64,000 bases of DNA from Geosiphon pyriformis uo1 (lineage: Eukaryota; Fungi; Glomeromycota): contig JAAOMT010000445.1 of assembly GCA_016748015.1 (NCBI GenBank), forward strand, positions 62,001 to 126,000. The letters run 5' to 3'. Every line of letters begins with the position of its first letter. The first letter of the stretch is position 1. Below the pieces are notes generated by a model, which saw only the letters and a list, made by a program, of their open reading frames with translations, did no database searches and was not told the DNA's origin. The position numbers were made by a program, and so were the translations under genes. Shown here in pieces: positions 12,801 through 25,400 of the stretch.

Positions 12801-15800
12801 GACTAATGTTTGTTCTGAATCATTCACTTTGAAGTCTGAACTTTCTTCAGATTTGATGACCTCTTGGAATTGATAATTTTTGGTGACAACAGGTAATAAG
12901 TCTTCTTCTTGATCTTTGCTTGCTGCCGGTTTTAATTCTTCCGTAATGAACATATCGATCAATTCTTGGCCCACCACACCTATTGTCTTTGAAAAATTTT
13001 TGCTAGAAATATTAGTAACAAGCACTGAACCTTCATCAACATCAACAACTTGTGGTCTGAAATCTTTTTGATCCATTGAATTGGATCTTGTTTCATTTTC
13101 AAGCCCATTCATATTGGAAATTTCATCTTCTACGGTATTCAACCCAACCATGAGTAGATCTGGTGTATTCAGTATCGAGAGCTTTTCTTCGACAACGATA
13201 AAATTCGCCGCGAGAGGTTCCTCAACAAAGATAAGATTTCCTTTGTCCTCTGTTTCCTGTGTTTTTTGATCATCCGTTAAACAAATTCCAAGAGTTTCTG
13301 ATGTGGATTCTTTAGAAACTAGTTGCGTTGCTGTTTCCGTCGATCTTTCATCTTGGATTAGGTTGATCTCCATTTCCGTTTTATTGGGTGATATGGTTGT
13401 TTCGGTTTCCGATTCTTCCGTGATAGTAAAAGTCTCCCCTTTTATATCTTTTAAAGCTTCAATTACTAAAATTACATCAGATGAAGCGTTTATACTGATT
13501 TCGGGTATGGATGTTTTTGCAGTTCCACTTTTATCCTGTGAAGTATAAGGTTCACTGAATTCGGAGATTATCGTGTCAGCAGTAATCGTGGTATCATTTG
13601 AGGCAGTCGACATTCTATTGCTACCATCTGATACCGAATCCGAAGTGGAAATCGTTGAGATGCGTGAATGTCGAGCCATGGGAATGGATATCGATTGACC
13701 TTCACCGGAAGGCGGGTCTTGGACACTCACTAAATGTTCACTATTCGAATTAATGATAAAGGGTGTAAGAGGGCTCAAAGGTGGGAGCGTTGAAAGTGTG
13801 ACTTCACGGCCAACATTTATCGTGGAAGTTGTGAGATTTTCTCGTGAAACAAGTTTAGGGTCATCATTTAATGGCACAATAATCCTCTCAATTTTATCCT
13901 GACCAAGAATTTCATTGATATCAACAAAATCGTCGGTATTGGATTTAGTGTTCTTCCTTGATAGTTTATGTTTTGACACTTTCTTCTCTCTATTAATTCC
14001 CGATACCGGAATTTCAGATGGTGTTGGTGGTGGTGGTGGTAGTGATGGTTCGTTACCATTTTGGTTTCGATTTCCGCCGCCAAACCCGAGAGTTCGCATG
14101 AGTCGATGACCGGCTGACTTCTTCCTTGTGGGAGCCGATGTTGATTTTATTGAACGCGTGGAGGTGACGGAAGAAACAGAAGATGATCTTGGTCGAGTTC
14201 TTGAACCTTGATCGTTTGATGAAGATGAGACTATTGATGGGGTGTTTGATTGAGCTGAGACAATAGCAGATGAGTTCGCAAAAAAGGAAGATAGTAAAGG
14301 GCCAATCGGAATTTTGACACGGGATGGAGTTGTGGTTTGATTCATGATGTTGGGACGGGAAGCTGATCCATCCGGATAAACAATGGGCATTTGGACACCA
14401 AGCGTACGGATTTGACGCCACGCACGATCAGGTGAATGTAGCAGTACATCACGCAAGAACTCAATTTGATTAGCGATATCAGAAGACTGTCGTAGGGTGC
14501 GATCACTCGTGGGATACTGATTATGAATATCGGCGGTGTTCAGGTTATATACAGAGGCAGTACGACTTGAATGACCACCACTTGCCCCAAGTCGACCAAT
14601 ACTCCCATGAACCGGTCTACTACCAAAACTATAAGATTGCATAGTTCTTTGACGATCCCATTCTATTACAGTCATTGTCCAAGAAACGCTATTCCATTGC
14701 TGTCTCAAACTATTAATTTCATCACGAATGATATCTAAGGCTTGCTGAACTTTTCTCACCTCTTCTGGTAGTTGTTGAAAATCATCCGGATCAAAGAAAT
14801 AATCTTCGACATTTTGTTCAGTGATCTCACCAAAATTATCCAATCTTTGCAAGTATCGCACCAAGTCCTGGGTGAAATAAACGCGACTCGCTTGAAGGAT
14901 TTGCATCGCACGACGAGAACTGGCGTATAGACACGCATTAAATGTGGCATGTTGCATCGCATCAAATAGATGAAACGGGTATAGAACACAGAATTCAGAT
15001 TGATAAGTTTCTCGAATTTGATGTGGTTGACGCATTGGTTTTACAATGAGAATTACACGAATAAATGGCTTCATTGAATTTGAGGAAGATGAATTGGAAT
15101 ATGAAGTAGCAATTGTGTCGGCATCTTTTGTGACTATTGCTTCATCGGACAAGGAAGTAGCAGCACCAGTTGAATCAGAAGTCTTTATCAAAGAATTAGT
15201 GTCCACATGTTCCTCCTCATCCTGATCGTCTCTTTTATTGGTGTTGTCATTGTCATTGTTGCCATCATCGTCTTCGTCATATACATTTGATAATGCTTCT
15301 TGAAAGTCTTCAGTGGTATCAATACTTTCTTCCATGGCTGTTTCCTGTTCCGGAGGCAAATCAGCTGGTTCATTGATCGGAGGTTCATTTGGTTCGGCAT
15401 CTATCACGGAATCTTCAGGTTTCAACGGTACAGTCATGTTTTCGATGTTGGCCAACAGTGTTTGATCTTTGGAATTTGTTTGATCTTTGCCATGAATTCC
15501 ATCTTTCTGCTCCTCTTGTTCCTCCTCCATAGAAGAGGAGTAGAGTGAGGGAAAAAGGTTTTGAGCTTGCTGCGCTAAAATGGCCGGAGCAGTTTTTCTT
15601 TTTTCACTGGTTGGACTTGACAATGAAGTATTTTCAGAAGAGAAGGTAGAAGCGAGGATTGCACCTTCTACATGATCATCAAGTTCACTCATCATCGTAA
15701 ACATTTGATTATTTTGTAAATCCAGGTAAATATCGACAGTGTGTTCACCGTAAATATCGTTGGATTCCCAAGTGAGATTTGTATCCAATTGCAATTTATG

Positions 15801-16982
15801 ATAAGAATCCATAAAGGAAGATTGAAATCGGCCAAGTTTAGTTGTATTGTGAAAACTGTCCTCGGAACATGCGGCAACCAAATCCATAAAACAATCAGGA
15901 CTTTGGTAAGTCAAGGACTTGACCCATGATGCTTCTTCCGGGGTGATTTGTGCGTCATCACGAATTTTTTCCAGCGGAATGAACTGCTTACGATCTTTCG
16001 GAACCATAACTCTGATTCCTTGAAGTGTACTTTCAGTGTATAAAACGCCTAGGTATAAACCAGGTGATAGGTTTGATTGTCGCGAACACCATTTCTCGAT
16101 ATAATTTATCCAAACAGGTTGTTTATCTTTTAGATAAATTGAATTGGTCTCATCGAAATTTTTCCATTTCAGAGTACCATTTTTAATTAGATCCGAGGCA
16201 ATCTCATCCTTGAATTGTTGAGGGATATGTTGTATCGTGACTAGAAATTTTGATTTGGACATTGACATTGGTATCACATGTTGATACAAAGTTCCCAAAG
16301 ATTCAAGGGACAATTCATTTTTTAGTTTCACAACTGCTTGACCGAATGAGCGTGCCCATATCGTATCATGTTCACTGCCAAGATATTCGTCATTATTACT
16401 ATTATTATTATTATTATTATTATAATGATCATTTGCACTAGAATTGGAATGGACCGAATGTACGGAATCCGTGTCACTGGCAGTGTCATCTTTATCAAAA
16501 TCGGTTGAGGTTGCCCAATCGAGAGAGGTTCGCATCGCATGTGAAAATTCTTCAGAATCCGTTTCGAAATTACCAAATATTCGTTGATCCCGAATAATTT
16601 CAATTGTGGGAAACATTCGAGAACCCGAGGTGATTAATATTTTACTATCGCTGGTGAATAAAATTGCTGATAAGTATATCGTATCTGCATGATAACGCGT
16701 TTTTAAACATGTTTTCTGATTGAAGATTCCTCTTCGTTTAGCTGGTGGAACATTTAAACTTGGAGATGTGGTAGACAGTGACCGCTTAATAGAGTTTCGA
16801 TTGATTTCCAAGGGTGTGAGTTGATTTCAAGATTAATATTGGTGATTTAATGAAAAAGATAAAAAGCTAAAAATCACGAAATTAGAAAAAATTTCAAACC
16901 TTTTTTGGATTCTCTTCACAATGCACCAGTTCCAAGTATTGTGGTGTTTTTTTCCGCACTACCAAGGTATCCTATTTGTGTA

Positions 16983-17024
<42 letters not shown>

Positions 17025-17557
17025 TATCAATTTTGTTTAAAAAAAAAACCGTTTCAAAAATGAAATTTTCATTTAAAATGACAAAATTTACCTCTGCGGG
17101 ATATGAAGATAACAGATGTGACTCACATAACCAACTTTTGAATAAAAGACTATAGAGAGCATAATTCCATGACTCGTAAATTCCTAATGTTCGGCATGCC
17201 TATAATGATAAAATGAGGATTATTAGAAATTATCTTTTGCGTGATTTTATTAATCGATTGATGATGATGATGATTAACAATAAGAATAGTGAACTCAGTA
17301 AAGGCTAAAGATTTTACACGTACACGTTCAAGTACCGCTTGGACTGAAGTTCCTTGGGTATATTCTACGTTCACCGGTTGATCTCGACCTTCTAATTGAA
17401 CCTGTATTAGGCAAACACTTTTCGATGGACTGAAAAAAAAAGGAAAAATAAGAGAAATAAACTATAACGCTCTTGAAAAAGTAACAGTTACGATGTAGAA
17501 AAAATTGTAATGATAAAGAAACTTGATAGAAGGAAAATCTTTGACTTACGGTTCCAT
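9807..17557 (-). CDS. Large (~2,420 aa) protein: N-terminal ubiquitin-like (FERM-F0/RA-like) domain + ANKFN1/wide-awake-like core + long disordered acidic and Ser/Pro-rich tail
   Basis: Phase-consistent exons 17557-17550, 17429-17324, 17199-17092, 16971-16900 and 16784-9807 (the last is the 2334-aa ORF). Ubl-like motif: VQAVLERACRTLGI...YALY...WL...L.SY...DTLVVRKK. Core motifs IYLSAILFT, LGTLY, LSPGLYLGVLYTESTLQGIRVMVP...KIRDDAQITPEEASWV and YPFHLFD match the ANKFN1 conserved region as recalled. Confidence 0.75.
12171..12450 (-). repeat. Coding tandem repeat, 72-bp unit x ~4 (TFEEAAIDNELKDKEFLEDKEIVK)
   Basis: Four near-identical 24-aa units in the 9807-16811 ORF. Confidence 0.95.
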
Positions 17558-17888
17558 ATGTGTGAGATTTTTGTTTTGGGTGGTGATGGTGGGTGATGGT
17601 GGTGGTCTCTAGAAAAAAAACTTTTTAAGTGGAGACAGTCGTATGTATATATGTATTTATATATGTATGTATGTATATATATATATATATAAGTTTATGT
17701 ACTTTTGGAATCGTTTCGTTTCCTTTTTACTCTTCTAAATATATGTATTTAAAGGTCAATTTCCAAGCGAGAGATATTTATCGTCAAGATATATCAGAAT
17801 GAAAAAGTGGGTGCGTATCAAACATAAAATCCAAGTTGGTTTTTTTTGTTTAGCTTAGTCGTTCGTCGTAGTTATTGTCTTTCGAGAG

Positions 17889-17919
<31 letters not shown>

Positions 17920-17922
17920 GAG

Positions 17923-17970
<48 letters not shown>

Positions 17971-19203
17971 AGAGAAAGAGAAAGAGAGTGATGGAGTGGT
18001 ATAATAATGTCAAATATATTTGATATCAGAACAACTATTGCTATTCAAAAGTTCTCAGTCAAAAAAAAGATTTATCCTGTATGAAATTATTATTGTTTGT
18101 GATTTGATTGGTATGATAATATATGCGCTCTTCTGTTTACTAATAATTATAGTAATAAATATCTTTGGAATAAAAAAAAAGCTTCCATTCGTTGTAAATC
18201 ACTTTCGAAGCGACTAGAAAGGAAAATTTGAGAAGGAATGACAAGAGTTAAATTTAGTCAAAGATTCGTTGATGCGAGAGAGTGTTGATGATGGTGGTGG
18301 TGGTGGTGGTGGTGAAGAGAGGAGGAGGCGGAGGAGGAGGAGGAGGAGGAGGAGGAGGAGGAGAAGGAGAAGAGGAGAAGGAGAAGAAGAAAGAGATAAG
18401 TAGGAGGGTATGTGAGATAAATTTAATTTTCCACGTTTCTTATTTTCAGGCTAATCTAAAAAAAATTACAAGTACTACACAATCACTATCTGGTACTCAA
18501 TTTGAATATTATTAAAATGTTAGAGAAAAAAAAAAAAAGTTTTATATTAAATTGAAGAGTTTTCTACTTTTTACGAGTTCCTCGTGTGCATTTGTATATA
18601 TTTTTTTTGTGTGTGAGTATGGTCTATGGCGGGATTAATAGATCAGGTTTGATGTGGTGATTCCAATTTTAGTAGAACTAACAGTAGTACTACAGTAATA
18701 ACAGAAAAAAAAGAATTTCAATGAAAACTATCTAATGGTGGTAATGAGAATTTCGTTCTCTTTTTTTATTGTTAGCAAACCAAAACGTGTAATGAGCTAT
18801 TTTAGGAATATTTATTATTTATTATTTATTATTTGTTTATTTGTTTATTTGTTTTTTATGGAGAAAAGTGTGATTACCAGTTGGGAAAAGGGTTTCAAAA
18901 GATTGATTTGGTACAGAAGGATGAAGGATTTTGGTTTTTTTTTTTGCGAAATATTTTTTTGGAAGATCATCTTTCCCAAAGATTTAAAGATCTTCAAATG
19001 AAATGAGTTTTGTTACGGAATTTCAATTTCCATTGTATATATATAAATGTATGTATGTGAGGTATCAAGTTTTTTCCTTTTACTGGAAAAATCTAAAAGA
19101 TTTCAAATTTAGAATTTAGAATTTTTTTTTACAAATTGGGAATTTAAACCGATTTATATCAAATACGATCGGTAAGTAAATAAGTAAATATTTAATATAG
19201 AAG

Positions 19204-19234
<31 letters not shown>

Positions 19235-20008
19235 TATTATTATTATTATTATTAAATCCAAAAATATATATATTTACATTTTTTTTTTTCATATCGTTTC
19301 AAATTTTCTCTTCGTTTGGAAATATGAAAATGATATTTTGGCAGTTCGACTAGTTTGGTGATGATTAACTTAAAAGTTAAAAAAATATCCCTTTTACAAA
19401 ACAATTTTTTTTTGCAAAGGCCTCAATCCAATAATTTCTGAGAATTAAAATTTCATTATGTTATGTCAGTGATATTCTCACCTTATAAAAAAAAAACAAA
19501 AACCGTGACGATAGTACAATCGATCATTCTTTTCCCATAATAGTAATCATTAACAATATCTATAAAAAAATAAAATCTTTGAAAAACCGAATCATGACCT
19601 TAGTTTTTTGTTAAACAAAATTTCGTACCAAATAATTGTGTATACAAGAATTCTAAGAAATAAATATTTTTTTTTTTAAATAAATGAAAAATCTATTGGA
19701 AACAGTTCCCCGAATGATGATGATGATGACAATGATGACAATGATGACAATGAGATTGAATTGATACACTCTAAAAAGATTTTTTAAAATTTCTTTGACT
19801 TGTTCAATTTTAAAATTATTAACATCCAATGAAAATACACGAAATTTAACGTGAGAAAATCTAGAGGAAGGCAAAGAAAAAGAAAAAGAAAAAGAAAAAT
19901 ACAGGCGTGAGATATGTAAAAAAAAAATTAATTTACCATAATTAATAATTCATTTTTTAGTATCCCTGGTATACACGGGTATTATCAGATTAATTAATTT
20001 ATTCATTA

Positions 20009-20051
<43 letters not shown>

Positions 20052-20698
20052 TATACATACATACATACATACATATAGACATATAGACATATATATATAT
20101 TTATTGCTTACTTAAAAATATCATTTCATAATTTGAATCGATGGGAATTTTTTATGTATGGCCACATATAGTATCTTTATTATTATTATTATTATTATTA
20201 ATCATTTGTATTCAACTTTAATTATTGAAATTTATCATTTAATTTCCCAAAAGAATAGTAAACTTTAATTGATTTCTTAATTGTTAATGCATTTTTAATG
20301 AAATCTGTTGCTGTCCTGTGGTGTAGTGTGTTGTGTTGTGCTGTTCTGTTCTGTTCTGTGCTATACTGTGCTGTACTGTTATGCCATGTGAGTAATTAAA
20401 ACCACTGGATGTAAAAAATTTGAAATTGGGTGGTCATTTTAGGAATCGAGGAGTTGTATATATAAAATAAAATAAGGATGTACAAGAATGGAATGGTGCA
20501 AAATATTTGAGTGATGATTTTCCCATTCTAAAAAAATTGTTAAACATATATATATTATGAATTTAACTTTTCAACTAACGAAAAAGAAACAGGGAACTAT
20601 CCTAATTTGTTCGTTATTTATTCTGTTTTCTAAATTTTTTATAATCAAACCTTTTTTTTTCCGTTTCATATTCAATTTTATGAGTGGTCAAAAAAAAC

Positions 20699-20758
<60 letters not shown>

Positions 20759-21200
20759 CATTATTATTTAATTAATGTGGCTAGTACAAAATGAGAATTA
20801 ATTTAAAAGAGGCGGGAAAATCCTTTTGATCATGATGATGATTATGATGATTATGATGATTATGATTTTTGATTTTTTGAAACTGAAGAGGAGTCATTCA
20901 AATCTTATTTGTCCTCAAACAAATTTCATGAAATCATTTGCCCATTACCCAAAATAAAATATCATTGTTTTGGTAATACGAAATTAACTTTTTTTATGAA
21001 TTTTGTATGCTTTGCAAATCTATTTTTTTTGGTTTATTTGGGACTGGATTTTTATAATCACACTATTTTTACCATTTTTACAATTATTTATTTTGTTTGA
21101 AACACGAGAATAAATAAAATATCTTAGTAATATTTGAATTCCAAAATATGATGATGATAATGATGATGATGATAATGATGATGATGATGATGATGAGATT
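16980..21200. repeat. Microsatellite-rich intronic/upstream region: (TA)n ~16980-17020, (AG)n ~17884-17987, (GGT)/(GGA)n ~18292-18362, (AAT)n ~19205 and ~20010, (TTA)n ~20700-20770, (GAT)n ~21148-21193
   Basis: Seen directly. Confidence 0.9.
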
Positions 21201-22459
21201 TTCTCCATGAACTCCGGAATTTAGTTTAAATGTTTATACCAAGGCATCCCGAATGCACGAGGAAAAAATAATACCATTTAGTAAAATAAAATAAAATAAA
21301 ATAAATTTTTTTATTTTTTAAATAACCAAAAAAAAAACAAAACAAAAATCAACTACTATTACTATTATTATTATTCCAATCTCTTTTTTTGTTACTTTTC
21401 TAATATTTTTGCTTTAAAAATAATAGCATTTTATTTACCATTTTATTTGGCATTCGAATTTAAATGTCTGTTTAATTTGGTCAAAGATTTTTATTGGTCA
21501 GAAATATTCAGAAATTAAATTAATTACTAATGTAATTACCAATTTTGAAAAACTAAATACATTTAAAAATTGTAAAATTTTTTTAATGATTTCAAATGTC
21601 TTATATCATATTTTTATAATAATAAAACTAGTATTACTAATTAAAAATTAAAAACATTAAGAAAATTTTTTAATTTTTATATATATAATATTAAATAATA
21701 ATAGCATTTTTGGTCTTTTTGGTTATTTAAAAAGTGGTTGTAATAGTAACCAAAAGAAATAAATAAATTTTTAAGGTTTTTTATACTAGTAATAATTACA
21801 TTAAAGCTATTTTTAATGGGTTATTTTGAAGATACTTTAACTAAAAAAACCATCAATTAAAAAAAAAGAAAAAAATCTTTAATTGTAAAAATAAAAAATG
21901 CTTCTTTCATATTTTACTTGACTGTTTTTACAGCTAAGAAAGTTTTTTGGGTTTTGTTGTTCTCTTAATTATTAAAGAAAGTACTATTTCTTTTTTACTC
22001 TTTGCTTTAATTGTGATTATAAAAATTATAAAAAAGAAAAGGTTTTCATAAACCATTATAGTAATAATAATAATGATTTATTAATTATTTAATCAATTTT
22101 TGTAAATTGTTAACTTTATATAAATGCAAGTTATTTCGCATGTTAATTCATCAAAATAATATATGAATAATTTTACTCAAAATATAAATTCTTAAGCAAG
22201 TTAATATATTTTTGATTAGTTTTTGATGTTAAATTTCTACTAACCAGAAATCCCCGTACAACGTATTTCAATATAATATGAACCTAACAAAAAAAAACTC
22301 GTGTTAAATACTGGTTTAAATAGTAATGATTAATATTAACTTCTGTTTTTAACCAAATTATTTCTTCACTAGTAACTTTTTGGATCTACAGGCTAGACTC
22401 AATAAAACAAATATTAAGAATGTTCTCTTAAATAAAATAATTTTCGATATAATACTCGG

Positions 22460-25400
22460 TTAACCCTGATATTCATCATCGTCGTCATTATCAGTCGAAT
22501 CAATCTCAAAATCTTCCGAGTCTTCCGCGTAGAATTTTTTCACATTTTTACGTTGGCGTAGAGTCCTTGGGGCAACATTTGTTGGGACCGTTTCCTCAGA
22601 TTCGTTTCCAAAATCACTAGAGTCATCAATGATAATCGTTTTTTTTGAAGATCTGCTAACTGGCTTTTTCACCTCAACGGCCTTTTGCTTTCCTTTACCG
22701 CCTGATGTCTTGGATGAAACGGGAACATCATCTATTTCCATATCGTCCATTTTTTTCGTGATGGTCTTGGGAGCTTGACGTCGCTTTTTCACTGAAGTCT
22801 CTGGACTCGAGGGTTTACTCATATCATCTTCACTTTTCCTCTTTTGTGAATTTTTATTGGAATTGCTCTCTAGCGATGGTATTTCACCTGAGCTTAAGCT
22901 GTCGGAAGGGAAATTATCTTGCTGAGTATCCTAGAAATACGTATAATTATGTTTTCAGCTTAATTTTTTACTATTAAAAACATTTCCCTCTCTAGCTTAA
23001 GATACCTCGGTACGTGTAGTTCCATTTTTTTTAATCCGCAATGATGCTCCTTTCGACAGATTAACACATCTTCCCCCATTGGTAATTTGAATTTCCTTTG
23101 TTTTATAATTTTCATGTTGCAACATTTTCTAAAAATTCAAGGCAATATCAATTACATTGAGTATTTAATTTCCATGAATATACACTTTGGAAGTTGACGA
23201 CACTCAAATTACTTACATCCCACTCTACTAAAAACCTGTCAAGATCTTCGTTCCATAAATCTTTGGCACTTCGAGCTTCAAGTTCAGCACGCTTAGCCGC
23301 TGCCTCATCACGTTCTTTGTCGAGTTTATGTGCCTAAAAGGAATTATCGATAGAATATTGGAAAGAAAATGGGATAGCAAGAAAAAAATTGTTGAACTAC
23401 CTTTTCATATGTCATACTATTAATCGGCATGGATAATAAATATTCATATCCTCCCTCGTTAGGAGTAATCCCTTCATTATCCTTCACGTCTTCATCTTCG
23501 TCTTCGTTATCGTTATCGTTATCGTTTTCTGATGCATTTAGGCGTTTCCTAACGCTTTTTTTGTAGAATTTCTCAAACCTGTTTTCCTCAAGTAGAGAGA
23601 CAACTATTGCGTTCTTTTTGTTTTTAATTTGGAGCTCCTCGTTTATCAGCATTCTGACAAACCGAGACTTGTTGTTTAAACGCTTCCATTCTTCTGTTAG
23701 TGCAGCTATTAAATATTTCTATGATAAAAAAAGTTAGGTTTTAGCTTAGACAAAAATAATTTGCTATTCAAAATTGATAAACCTGCCTTTCTTTCATGGT
23801 AATATCTCAGCCTCAACTCGTAAAACTCGCAAAGGATAGCTTCAGGTGAAGCATATTTTCGTAGCCGGCCTTGGGCATCAAAACAAACCATGTTGGACGT
23901 CGATATACTTGTGCTAGTTTTGAATTTGTGTTCAAGTCCTTCCGCTTCTGCCTGTTTCATGTTTTCATCTGTTAACGTGATCAGGAAAGATACAGTTGCG
24001 TGACCCGAATTATCTTTGTAATCCTAGAATTTGCCCAGAGTTGGCAAGGATTTGTGATATCGTTAGCCTGATGCTATCTCTATTATTTCTACCAGAGAAA
24101 ACATACCTTAATCCAACTGGATACTTTATCCCCGCCGGTCACCCAACTTTCCAAAGTTTCTTTATAATTTTGTGTCCAAACACGAATGGGAAGCTCCGTG
24201 ATTTCTATTGTGTTATAATCCACTTTCCTGATGTTACCTGAGATTTTATATCTTTCTTCGTCTATACTCTCAATATCTCCCTGACAAATCGAAAAATTTA
24301 TGAGCTGCGAAAAGGGCAGATTTGCCTCCATCTTAAGCCTAGTGTCATTGCTATTTTACCTTGAATCCACGATACCATGGATGCATTTTTTCAACTTCTC
24401 GACCGGTCATCAATCGACGGATATTTTGAATCATGTCACGCGGATTATAATTTGGAATAGATGACCGCCATCCTACGTCAAAGCAAGTCTTTTAATATAT
24501 TGATTTCGTACACAAATTTATCATATTATTATATTTACCAGTGCCGATCCCTTCAGAACCATTCACAAGTACCATAGGGAGTATCGGAATATACCTGACT
24601 CATTATGAAGGCAAAGTAGAATGAAAATCTCATTAAAAATGAAGCTCTTAGTCAAGGCAATACTAACCATTCTGGCTCAATTGAAAGTCCATCATCTGTC
24701 AAATAGGTAAGCAAGTTATCATCTTCTGGTATAAAAACTCGTCTCAACAAAGGATGAGGTTCTGTATGAAGGTAACGGGCGCTGGCTGCATCTTTTCCTC
24801 CCTGTCACGAGAGTAAATATAAATGATCAAAGAAAAATATACGTTTTCAATTTTTAATAACAATAGAATCAATAGATACCTGGGCTCTTGTGCCAAAAGA
24901 TCCTGATGGTGTTAATAAATTGATATTGTTGGATCCGACAAAATCGTGTGCTAATCCAATAATTGTCTGCGTAAGACTAGCCTCTCCATGATGGTAAGCA
25001 GAATGTTCTGATATATAACCGGCTAATTGGGCAACCTGAAAATGAAAAGTGAAGGATGAGAAAATTATAGAGGAATATAGCAATAAGAACCTCAACATTC
25101 TATTCAAACCTTGATTTCTTTCTTGAGATTTCTTTTAATACAACTGTAAATTACTTTACGTTGACCTGGCTTGAGCCCATCAACAACCGATGGTATTGAT
25201 CGTACATTATCGGCCATACTGAAAAGAATCAATTCCCTATTAACAAAATCATCGATCGTGATTTCGTTCACGCTATGATCAATGTAGGTTCCCGGCTGTC
25301 GGAACAGATTTTTAATGAATTACTCGAATATCCATCAAAACTTGATTTGAAACTTGCACGGAATAATACCTGAAATTCACTAAGCCATTGTTTGCGGGCA

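Noticed and set aside
10363-16441. Many + strand ORFs (e.g. 11431-11946, 11971-12648)
   Set aside because: Antisense shadows of the 7-kb coding exon; no independent motifs.
18282-18515. Poly-Val/Gly/Glu ORF
   Set aside because: Product of (GGT)/(GGA) microsatellites in an upstream region.
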